Positions 8,362 through 18,688 of a DNA stretch of 51,705 bases are shown piece after piece. The stretch is taken from contig CAZFSB010000003.1 of assembly GCA_964521645.1 (NCBI GenBank), positions 1 to 51,705 of the forward strand, read 5' to 3'. A model generated the notes under the pieces. It did not search any database. It was not told the DNA's origin and worked only from the letters and a program-made list of their open reading frames with translations. How positions within the stretch are numbered: the first letter of the stretch is position 1; every line of letters begins with the position of its first letter. Position numbers and translations under genes: made by a program. Source of the stretch: an uncultured Candidatus Saccharibacteria bacterium (GTDB lineage Bacteria; Patescibacteriota; Minisyncoccia; Phycocordibacterales; UBA918).

Positions 8362-8647
8362 CGTCTAGGATCTTCTTCACTGATAAGAATCGACCTTCGG
8401 TCTTCGGCATTTCAGCCAAGATATCCTTGGTATATTGATCAGGCGTATTGATCACCTCATCCTGACGGAAAATATTGTGGCGAGCGCCCACCTGTGGGGC
8501 AGCATCGGCATCATCGGCGGCAATGTCACTAACCGCACTAACATACTCGACAATCGATGACAACTCCCCTTCTAGGTTAGTTAGTTCCTCCTCAGAGAGA
8601 CGGATCCTCGATAGTGTGGCCAAATGGGCGATTTCTTCTCGTTTCAT
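8351..8647 (-). CDS. gatC: Glutamyl/aspartyl-tRNA amidotransferase subunit C
   Basis: Reads MKREEIAHLATLSRIRLSEEELTNLEGELSSIVEYV. The ATG at 8659 in the track lies inside the TATGCT -10 box, so I prefer the second ATG at 8647. Confidence 0.8.
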   Translation of the reverse strand: MKREEIAHLATLSRIRLSEEELTNLEGELSSIVEYVSAVSDIAADDADAAPQVGARHNIFRQDEVINTPDQYTKDILAEMPKTEGRFLSVKKILDVGE

Positions 8648-8710
8648 GCGGGTTAGCATACCACTTGTGTGGTGAAAGTAAAAACCTCGAAACCGCTCCT
8701 TTGTACCACT

Positions 8711-8829
8711 AAACCATTTCCGACCATGTCGCCCTCCGGCGGGGCGACATTAACGCTTCGCCGAAGACTTTTCCTAGAAAAAGACCAAGCTCTTCGGCTC
8801 CAGAGTTTCGGAAATGGTTTAATGGTACA
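8711..8829 (-). ncRNA. Candidate structured RNA (three-way junction) in the ligA-gatC spacer, class unknown
   Basis: A 21-bp closing helix (8711-8731 with 8809-8829) is fully paired only on the minus strand, where it uses a G.U pair. It encloses hairpins GCCGAAGA...TCTTCGGC and ATGTCGCCC...GGGCGACAT. Confidence 0.35.
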
Positions 8830-9060
8830 CGGAGCGACATGTATTAAAAAGAGCCATTCAACAGCACCCTTCTTAGATCTTTCGCACCGCCAGATAACTG
8901 TCTTGCGGAAACATTGCGGAGAACGCGCTGCCGGTCAAAGCCGATGGCGAAGCTGTTCGAAGAACATCGGCTTTGAGCGCGTTCGAGCATAGCGCGCCAG
9001 CCGCAGGGCTGGCGACGCGTGTTTACACAGGATAGTTTTCTGGTGGTGCAGGTTGCACAA

Positions 9061-11711
<2,651 letters not shown>

Positions 11712-12281
11712 ATACCTCTTGCTGCTTGCGGATCGAACCGGTGCGCCAGGTGACCTTCGAGATGACCTTCACGTCCCAATCTGCTCCTACTGTTTTTTCA
11801 AATCTGACCACACGCGTAAATGGTGTCGCAACCGCATTAGCACTGTCATAAGTATATTTCGAACGTACAGCGCTTTCGTTGTAATACAGCTTACAATTAT
11901 TCCCGGTCGCACAGTCAGTCACCGTAAGTACGCCGTCCTCCACTTCAGCGGTCGTACCTTCCTTAAAAGAAAGGCCACAGCCGGTAGTTTTGAAACAATT
12001 TTCGTATATTGCACCCGCAGTATCGTTAGAAAATTCATCCCACAAGTTGTCTGGCGGCGTGTCATCTATACCCTCCAGCAACAATTCATCTCGGGCCTTC
12101 TGGGCCAGCTCAGCCCCTTCCTGAGCCAAGAAGAAGGCTTGCACCTGCTCACTAGCAAAGCTAGTGCTGCGGGCGGTCGACATGCTAATGGTGAGCGGGC
12201 CAGTCACCACAATAAGGAGAATAGTGATCGCCACCAAGGTCTCCACCAGAGAAAAGCCCGCTTGAGTTGTCTGGCGTGATG

Positions 12282-12953
12282 TCATATGTCTAAGGTGCGT
12301 TGGGTTATGGTGGTTTGGATCTCAAACGACTTGGCGGTAGGGTCGTCCTTTTCTCGAGCCTTTATGAAGATGGTCACCGCTGGCTGCAGTACATCGCCAC
12401 CTGCACCGCCCCAAGCTTCACTGCCGGTCACGTAGAATTGCGCGTCTTCGATGAAGATGCCGGAGGAGACAATCGACTGTCTGTTACCTCCACTAATACG
12501 ACGGTATATAGTGTTATCTTGATTATCAAAAAAATAAAGGATGCGAGTATCTGGAGCATTTGTGATGCTCTGTCCACCCTCAAAGAAAGTAAGACCGTGG
12601 AGTTTTCGATTGTTACTATTTCCGGCTGGACAGTCTTCTGTCGTATCACCAAGACCCGCAAGATTTACGCCTTCTTCGAATATACTAATCGGCGGAGCGG
12701 TAAAAGGTGTATTATAGTTATTTAGGGATACACATAGGTACTGCGTCCCCGTGCGGATCTCGCGGGTCATGCTGTCGAGCGCGAAGGAAAGGTTGGTGAG
12801 CACGCTTTGCTCAGCTTGGAGCTTTTGGTTGGTGGCAATGAGCATGAGGAGCGCGCCGATGGAGATGGTAATAACCACCGAAAACACCGCCAAAGAAACG
12901 ATCATTTCAATGAGGGTGAAACCAGTTTGAGTATGAAACGGACGCTGCATCAT
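12282..12953 (-). CDS. Type IV minor pilin (PilW-like)
   Basis: TQTG|FTLIEMIVSLAVFSVV. Confidence 0.7.
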   Translation of the reverse strand: MMQRPFHTQTGFTLIEMIVSLAVFSVVITISIGALLMLIATNQKLQAEQSVLTNLSFALDSMTREIRTGTQYLCVSLNNYNTPFTAPPISIFEEGVNLAGLGDTTEDCPAGNSNNRKLHGLTFFEGGQSITNAPDTRILYFFDNQDNTIYRRISGGNRQSIVSSGIFIEDAQFYVTGSEAWGGAGGDVLQPAVTIFIKAREKDDPTAKSFEIQTTITQRTLDI

Positions 12954-12968
12954 ATTGCATTATATACC

Positions 12969-13559
12969 CTACGGACAATCTTTTACGGCGATCTGCCCAG
13001 TGCGCGTGACCTCGACCGTGCGAAGCTCTCCACAGCCGGTTCCAGAGGCACCTCGTCGCACAATATCGATCTCCACTCCCGAAGCAGTCGACAACTCACT
13101 GTTGGCAGCATCAAAGAACCGAGCATCGAAATTCGGCCGCTCGAAGATGATCGATAGCTCAGTCCCACTAATATTTCCTCCACCGACCGCGCGCATTGCG
13201 CTTATCTCAAAACGTTTATCTAGGTTGCTGGTCGGACCAAAAGCTTCGCTTCCTGTTGTATAAAAATAATTATTACCAGCATCTTTGAACACCTGATACT
13301 TACCGTCGTGCGTATCCGCAGTATTGAAATACAGCCCATACACGGTGCGAAAGCCGCCACTACCATCGCTACTGGCGCTCACCGCGCTCAGCTGTACCTC
13401 ACGAATAGCTAGTGCCATTTGGTAGGCTTGACCACGCAAAAGCACGGCGCTGTTGAAGGAATCTTGGCGCGCCAGAATGATCGACGCGACAATGGCCATG
13501 ATACTAATACTCACCATGAGCTCGATCAAGCCAAAACCCGCGCGTGAGGTGTTTTTCAT
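12969..13559 (-). CDS. Type IV minor pilin (FimT/GspH-like)
   Basis: Reads MKNTSRAG|FGLIELMVSISIMAIV. I chose the start at 13559, 4 nt after the pilD stop. Confidence 0.7.
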   Translation of the reverse strand: MKNTSRAGFGLIELMVSISIMAIVASIILARQDSFNSAVLLRGQAYQMALAIREVQLSAVSASSDGSGGFRTVYGLYFNTADTHDGKYQVFKDAGNNYFYTTGSEAFGPTSNLDKRFEISAMRAVGGGNISGTELSIIFERPNFDARFFDAANSELSTASGVEIDIVRRGASGTGCGELRTVEVTRTGQIAVKDCP

Positions 13560-13563
13560 TTGT

Positions 13564-14397
13564 TTAATAGAAACTAAAAAGCGTGAGGACATTGAGCTTA
13601 GTGAAGAGAATGACGAGACTGCTCGCGACCAGAAATGGCGCGAACGGTACCTCGCTTTTCATTGTAAGAGCTTTCCCGGGTAAATGTAAGTGTGCTTTTC
13701 CCCTACTGAAGCGTGCGAAGGCCAAAAGAACCAAACTGATGGCCGCACCGATCCAGAACGACAGCACGACAAAGGAGAAGACGAGGGTCGGCCCAGCTAG
13801 GAGTCCGAGCGGAAAGGCCAGCTTCACATCACCAAAGCCGAGCCACTTGCCACTGGAGATCTTCCAGAGGAGGTAAAAGAAGCCCGAACCGGCGGCGGCG
13901 GTCGCCACACTCCAGCCGAGATCGTGCCAGGTCGACAAACCTTGCCAGATATCGAAGAAAAGGAGCGCCAAGACCGCCGCCGCCAACACCCCGGTGAGCT
14001 GGTCGGGGATAATGAAGTGGTAGAGGTCGTAGACGGTGATGACGACCAGCGTAGCGAGAATGAACCACAAAAGAAGCAGCGGCACTATTTCGAGCGTGAG
14101 GGTGAGCGAAAGCGCGAAAAGCAAGCCCGTGACCAATTCTACAAAGAAGTAGCGGGGTGTGATGCGACAGCCACAGGTGCGGCACCGGCCACGCAGCGCG
14201 AGGTAGGAGACAAGTGGAAACAGCTCGTACCAAGAGAGGCCGGTGCCGCACGAGAGACAGTGTGACCGCCCCGCGAGCGACTTCCCCGTATGGAAGCGGT
14301 AAATGTATACATTGAGAAAGCTGCCGATGATGATCCCAAAGCCAAAGGCGATGACTTGGAGTAGCCAAAGGGGCAGTAACGAAAGTTCGATGAACAT
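13564..14397 (-). CDS. pilD: Prepilin peptidase / N-methyltransferase PilD (A24 family)
   Basis: Has CLSCG...CRTCGC zinc motifs and multiple TM helices. The start MFIELS at 14397 is preceded by TGCTATACT and 7 nt. Confidence 0.85.
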   Translation of the reverse strand: MFIELSLLPLWLLQVIAFGFGIIIGSFLNVYIYRFHTGKSLAGRSHCLSCGTGLSWYELFPLVSYLALRGRCRTCGCRITPRYFFVELVTGLLFALSLTLTLEIVPLLLLWFILATLVVITVYDLYHFIIPDQLTGVLAAAVLALLFFDIWQGLSTWHDLGWSVATAAAGSGFFYLLWKISSGKWLGFGDVKLAFPLGLLAGPTLVFSFVVLSFWIGAAISLVLLAFARFSRGKAHLHLPGKALTMKSEVPFAPFLVASSLVILFTKLNVLTLFSFY

Positions 14398-14404
14398 TGC
14401 GAGT

Positions 14405-14413
14405 AGTATAGCA
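14405..14413 (-). promoter_or_regulatory. Extended -10 TGCTATACT, 7 nt upstream of the pilD ATG
   Basis: The reverse strand reads GTCTGCTATACTACTCGCA-ATG. Confidence 0.5.
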
Positions 14414-14433
14414 GACGAGACGGGTCTACAAGC

Positions 14434-14521
14434 AAAAAAAGCCGCCAACATAATGAAAGCGAACCATTCCCCAAATGTCGTGCGCAGCACGGGTGAGCCT
14501 CATTATGTTGGCGGCTTTTTT
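14434..14521 (-). repeat. Structured element copy B (22-bp A/T-flanked stem enclosing a 43-nt core); also terminator-like
   Basis: AAAAAAAGCCGCCAACATAATGA ... TCATTATGTTGGCGGCTTTTTT. The core is homologous to copy A on the opposite strand. Confidence 0.6.
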
Positions 14522-14534
14522 GTGTGATAGACCT

Positions 14535-14626
14535 CCCTAAAACCAGCGGTGCGTCGAAGACTCACCGGCCCTACGGGCAGTATTTTGGGGGATGGTTCGC
14601 TATCAACGCACCGCTGGTTTTATGGG
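14535..14626 (+). repeat. Structured element copy A (16-19-bp stem enclosing a homologous core), overlaps the pilin stop codon
   Basis: TAAAACCAGCGGTGCG ... CGCACCGCTGGTTTTA. The core is GACTCACCGGCCCTACGGGCAGTATTTTGGGGGATGGTTCGCTA. Confidence 0.6.
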
Positions 14627-15036
14627 CACTCGAATTCACCCACCAGAAGCGCGTCGGGTATCTCTCTACGATTACCCACACTATCAACACACCAGTGCGC
14701 GGTGTTCATCGGAACCGAAATGGCAAAAGCAGTGGTATCACTGCGACAGGTCAGCGTACTTGAGGCAAACGAATTGATCGACGCGATAGAGCGCGCAATA
14801 TCGGCCGACTGGGTAACCCCATTTGAGCCACACACCACGTCGTAGGTGAGCGTTTGGATATTCTCCACCTCGGCTCGTTTGGAGATGGCGTCCATTTCCG
14901 TGGTGATCTTGGCGTTGATACCCTGTACTCGCGCGTCGTTGAGCGAGGTAAGGACGACCGCTGCCAAAATACCAATGATAGCAATGGTGATGAGGAGTTC
15001 GACCAGGGTAAAGCCGGCTTTTGCTGTCGGTCTCAT
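14620..15036 (-). CDS. pilA: Type IV pilin (second PilA-like paralogue)
   Basis: Reads MRPTAKAG|FTLVELLITIAIIGILAAVVLTSLNDAR, with a C-terminal Cys pair. TATAAT lies 7 nt upstream of the ATG. Confidence 0.85.
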   Translation of the reverse strand: MRPTAKAGFTLVELLITIAIIGILAAVVLTSLNDARVQGINAKITTEMDAISKRAEVENIQTLTYDVVCGSNGVTQSADIARSIASINSFASSTLTCRSDTTAFAISVPMNTAHWCVDSVGNRREIPDALLVGEFECP

Positions 15037-15043
15037 GGTAGAT

Positions 15044-15049
15044 ATTATA
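15044..15049 (-). promoter_or_regulatory. -10 box TATAAT, 7 nt upstream of the pilin ATG
   Basis: The reverse strand reads GTCGTGTATAATATCTACC-ATG. Confidence 0.5.
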
Positions 15050-15131
15050 CACGACCAGGTGACTAGTTTTCCCCAGATACAAACAAAAAACCGCCCGAAG
15101 GCGGTATTTTTGATCAAATGACTACATCAAA

Positions 15132-15608
15132 CTATGGACACACAGTCGCGTTAGCGGCAAGTGGAGTTATTGTCTGTCCAGCATGTCCAGTTGAATCAAC
15201 ACACCAATACGAGACGTCAGTACCAACAGGAACATTCAATGGAGCCGAAATGACGTAGTATCCGGCAGCACTATGACAGTTTACCGTAGCATTTGTCTGC
15301 AGTGTTGCGAGAGCCGTAACTGGAGTTCCAGTTGTCTCAGCTCGGTTGTCGATGGCTGCTTGCATGAGATCTGTGATTGAAGGATCAGTACACACATCAG
15401 TGTAGGAGTACTGGTTAGCGCCTGCTTTATTGTAAACCAACTCAGCCTGTGAACGAGCGTTACCGATAGACTGCTTGATAGAAGCGTCCTGACCACCGTC
15501 ACGAGCGTCGTTGAGTGAAGCGAGCACTACGGCCGCCAAGATACCGATAATCGCGATCACGACGAGGAGTTCGATCAGAGTGAAGCCTCGCTGTAGAGTC
15601 TTTTTCAT
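15132..15608 (-). CDS. pilA: Type IV major pilin PilA
   Basis: Reads MKKTLQRG|FTLIELLVVIAIIGILAAVVLASLNDAR, with two Cys pairs in the C-terminal domain. Confidence 0.9.
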   Translation of the reverse strand: MKKTLQRGFTLIELLVVIAIIGILAAVVLASLNDARDGGQDASIKQSIGNARSQAELVYNKAGANQYSYTDVCTDPSITDLMQAAIDNRAETTGTPVTALATLQTNATVNCHSAAGYYVISAPLNVPVGTDVSYWCVDSTGHAGQTITPLAANATVCP

Positions 15609-15867
15609 AAATTATTTACGAATTATTTTTCATTAATGTTACCCTTCAGATATCAGCTGCGTATCTGAAAGATAAGTCTACGTTGTGCGTAGCTTCTCCT
15701 AGTATCCGAGGTATCGGAGGCTATGGGGGGTGGGTTGGGGAAAACCCGGCCAAAAAGCACTGGCTGAAGGTCATATGCTTTTTGAGCCCTCCGAAAATGC
15801 GCCCCTTCCTAGGGCGCCTTTTTCGGAGACTTATCACTTTGTTCGGCTTGTCACGGGCGGAGGTTAA

Positions 15868-15900
15868 CAAAAAGCGGGGCGGCCCGAAGGGCCGCCCCGC
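15868..15900 (-). terminator. Intrinsic terminator after pilC
   Basis: GCGGGGCGGCCC-GAA-GGGCCGCCCCGC (12 bp), followed by a U-run on the minus strand. Confidence 0.75.
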
Positions 15901-16014
15901 CTTATATGATCCCCTTGCAGCTCGCTACAGTCTGTTTCTCCCCTGGAGGTCGAAACATACTAAGCGCCTGCATAAGCAAAGCCATAGTCGAAGCTTTGCT
16001 TCTCCTTGTTTTGC

Positions 16015-17232
16015 TTAGAACGCGCTCGTCAAATTGTAGATCGGCATCAAGACCGAAGCCAAGAGCACACCCACCCCGAGACCGAGCATCACGATCATCG
16101 CCGGTTCGATAAGACCAATGAGTGTATCAACCGCGTTATTCACCTCGCGACGATAGAAGTGCGAAAGCGTGGTTAGGATCGAACCAAGGCTACCGGTCTC
16201 CTCTCCCACCTTTGCCATCTGCGCCAGCACGCCCGGTATTTCCGGATATTCTGAGATGGCATCGGCAAACGAGCGACCACCCTTCACTTCCTCCAAGGCC
16301 GACTCGATGATCTCTTTATAAACCGTGTTATCTACCACATCAGCGGTCACCTCGAGCGCCTGGACGATTGAAATACCACTACCGAGCATGGTTGCCATGT
16401 TGTCGCAGATACGGGTAAGGAGCAGCTTTTTTTGCAGGTCGCCCAAATACGGCACCGAAAGCACGAACTCATCGACGGTACGCTTACCCACGTCGGTCTT
16501 GGAGAAGCGCCACAGCCCCACTCCACCACCCGCGATCGCGATCAGAATGAGCGCGATGTAATCGACCATGAAGTCAGAGATACCAATGACGATCTTGGTG
16601 TAGATCGGCAGCTCCTGACCAGAGTCGGTCAAAATAGCGGCGATATTCGGGATCACCAGCGTAAGCATAAGCCCCATCACCGCAAAGAATATCGAAACAA
16701 CGAAAGCTGGGTACACCAGTGCGTTCCGCGCCTTCGAGATCACCTCATACTGACGGTCTAGGTAATCGGCCAGGTAATCGAAGGATTTTTCCAACGAACC
16801 AGACTCCTCACCCGAACGCACCAGATTGATGTAGAAAGAAGAAAAGATATCAGGATGAGCCGCCAGGGCGCGAGCGATCGAGTTACCAGCCTGCAGGTCT
16901 TCCACGATCTGGTTCATCGCGAGCTGGAGCTGCGGGTTCTCTACCTCGGCTGACAACAGTCGAAAGATACGCAGCGGTGACACCTGCGCCTGGAAAAGGG
17001 TCGCGATCTGCCGAGACATGATCACGATATCCTTATTGGAAACCGATTGGAAGAAGGTGAACTCGACATTCAGCAGGTCAGACAATCCTCCCGACTTCAC
17101 CGTCTCATCGATCGAAATGAGCGTGTAGCCGCGCTTCTGCACCGCCGAAATGGCCGCGTCGATAGTGGGAGCCTCTACCGTTCCCTCGCGCTGAATGTTG
17201 GATTGGTCAACCGCTTTATAATTGAAGAGCAT
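16015..17232 (-). CDS. pilC: Type IV pilus platform protein PilC (GspF family)
   Basis: 405 aa with a duplicated T2SS-F domain and three TM segments. Confidence 0.95.
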   Translation of the reverse strand: MLFNYKAVDQSNIQREGTVEAPTIDAAISAVQKRGYTLISIDETVKSGGLSDLLNVEFTFFQSVSNKDIVIMSRQIATLFQAQVSPLRIFRLLSAEVENPQLQLAMNQIVEDLQAGNSIARALAAHPDIFSSFYINLVRSGEESGSLEKSFDYLADYLDRQYEVISKARNALVYPAFVVSIFFAVMGLMLTLVIPNIAAILTDSGQELPIYTKIVIGISDFMVDYIALILIAIAGGGVGLWRFSKTDVGKRTVDEFVLSVPYLGDLQKKLLLTRICDNMATMLGSGISIVQALEVTADVVDNTVYKEIIESALEEVKGGRSFADAISEYPEIPGVLAQMAKVGEETGSLGSILTTLSHFYRREVNNAVDTLIGLIEPAMIVMLGLGVGVLLASVLMPIYNLTSAF

Positions 17233-17244
17233 ACGCTAAATTGA

Positions 17245-18312
17245 TTAGATGAGTCGTTCGAGACCCTTTGGATTCACCGCGTAGGTGAATGCGTTCTCGA
17301 CGGTGATGTCGCCGTTTTGGACCAATCGCGCGAGCGAGCGGTTCATGTCGATCATCCCCTGCTCCAGACCAGTCTCGATGACTGATGGGATCTCGTGGAT
17401 ACGGTTCTCGCGAATGAGGTTGCTGACGGCGGTGTTGTTGATGAGGAGTTCATACGCCGGTACCAACCCCCCCGCAATGTGCGGAATGAGACGCTGTGAG
17501 AAGATGGCGATGAGTGAACTCGCGAGCTGTACGCGGACCTGATCTTGCTGGGTCGGCGGGAACGAGTCGACGATACGGTTGATGGTCTGCGCGGCGTCGT
17601 TGGTATGGAGAGTAGAGTACACCAAGTGCCCAGTTTCCGCGGCGGTCACCGCGGCGGCAATGGTCTCGGTGTTGCGCATCTCACCCACCAGGATGACGTC
17701 TACGTCTTGGCGCAGCGCGGCGGTAAGCGCTGTCGCGAAATCTTTAGTGTCGATGCCGATCTCGCGCTGGTCTACCAGCGCTTTTTCTTCTTGATACACG
17801 TACTCGATCGGGTCTTCAATGGTCACAATGTGTTCAGCTCGGGTCTGGTTGATACGATTGACCATGGCAGCGAGCGTGGTCGACTTTCCTTGTCCGACCG
17901 GCCCCACACAGAGGAAGAATCCTTGCGAACGTTGGGTAAAACTCTCCAAGATCGGTGGGAGGTTGAGCTCGACAAAGTCTCGAATGACATTAGGGATGAG
18001 ACGGAGCGCAATACCCATGTGTCCCCGTTGGTAGAACGCGTTACCACGGAAACGAACCCCGCCTGTGTTCTCGTACGAAAAGTCGATCTCGGTGTACTCG
18101 CGGTAGCGGGTGTACTGGTCGTCGCGCATGAGTATCTTGGAGAAAGCGTTCACGTCAGCGTCGGTAAGGATCGGCTTCTTGAGAAGTGGGATGAGTGTAC
18201 CGGAAACACGAATGAGCGGGTGCGCACCCACTGAAAAGTGCAGGTCGGAAGCTTGTTCCTGGATGATGAGCTCGATGAGCGCGTTCAGTTCTCGTTTGTA
18301 GTCTACTGCCAT
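17245..18312 (-). CDS. pilT: Twitching-motility retraction ATPase PilT
   Basis: Has ASDLHFSVGAHPLIRVSG, Walker A GPVGQGKST, and Asp and His boxes. The start MAVDYK lies 5 nt after the RR stop. Confidence 0.9.
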   Translation of the reverse strand: MAVDYKRELNALIELIIQEQASDLHFSVGAHPLIRVSGTLIPLLKKPILTDADVNAFSKILMRDDQYTRYREYTEIDFSYENTGGVRFRGNAFYQRGHMGIALRLIPNVIRDFVELNLPPILESFTQRSQGFFLCVGPVGQGKSTTLAAMVNRINQTRAEHIVTIEDPIEYVYQEEKALVDQREIGIDTKDFATALTAALRQDVDVILVGEMRNTETIAAAVTAAETGHLVYSTLHTNDAAQTINRIVDSFPPTQQDQVRVQLASSLIAIFSQRLIPHIAGGLVPAYELLINNTAVSNLIRENRIHEIPSVIETGLEQGMIDMNRSLARLVQNGDITVENAFTYAVNPKGLERLI

Positions 18313-18316
18313 GATT

Positions 18317-18688
18317 TTATTTCTTATAGAGTGCCTCAACCTTTTTCAAGACCTCGCTTGGCACGGTCTCCGCTTTGATAATATACCCATCGGCCCCAAC
18401 CGCCTTTGCTTCTTTGATATCCTCCGGCTGGCCCTGGTTAGACAGAACGATACACTTTGCTTTCAGATCTGGGAAGTCCCGTCTGATCGTCCGGATGAGT
18501 TCCACTCCGGTCATGCCGGGCATGATCATGTCGAGGAGGATGACGTCAAAATCAGGACTACGGTTTATCTTTGAGATCGCACCAACATGTCCATCAGCCA
18601 CCTCCACCTGGTGACCACAGTCAGTGAATTTCTTGGCGTACATGTCACGCAAAAACGCGTCATCGTCAATGAGAAGCAGTTTCATCAC
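18317..18688 (-). CDS. Single-domain CheY-like response regulator embedded between pilB and pilT
   Basis: Has KLLLIDDD, phospho-acceptor ILLDMIMPGMTG and the conserved K in GYIIKA. It has no output domain. Confidence 0.85.
   Translation of the reverse strand: MMKLLLIDDDAFLRDMYAKKFTDCGHQVEVADGHVGAISKINRSPDFDVILLDMIMPGMTGVELIRTIRRDFPDLKAKCIVLSNQGQPEDIKEAKAVGADGYIIKAETVPSEVLKKVEALYKK

Noticed and set aside
8660-9060. RNase P RNA, T-box leader, 6S or SRP RNA in the ligA-gatC spacer
   Set aside because: I looked for GGAAAGUCCGG / ACAGAANCCGGCUUA (P4) and found only loose look-alikes on opposite strands. The GTGGTAC string resembles a T-box core but lacks the CCGCG continuation and a terminator/antiterminator pair. 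No SRP GGAA motif is present. I left the class as unknown.
14398-14490. pilD ORF extension to 14490, and the 2416..3366 and 12969..13592 extensions
   Set aside because: The extensions run through terminator or repeat structures or tRNA flanks. Internal starts with a promoter or RBS fit the protein families better.
15683-16018. 111-aa ORF in the pilC-pilA spacer, and the 8669..8992 107-aa ORF
   Set aside because: Neither has an RBS or promoter. They run through terminator hairpins, have Arg/Pro/Gly-rich composition, and resemble no family.
17545-18234. Long antisense ORFs opposite pilT (229 aa), ftsH (39459..40361, 300 aa), xfp (46628..47473, 281 aa), pilD (13829..14368) and many shorter ones
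   Set aside because: They are shadow ORFs on the strand opposite confidently identified conserved genes. Their composition is Arg/Ser/Pro-rich and low-complexity, and they have no start signals.
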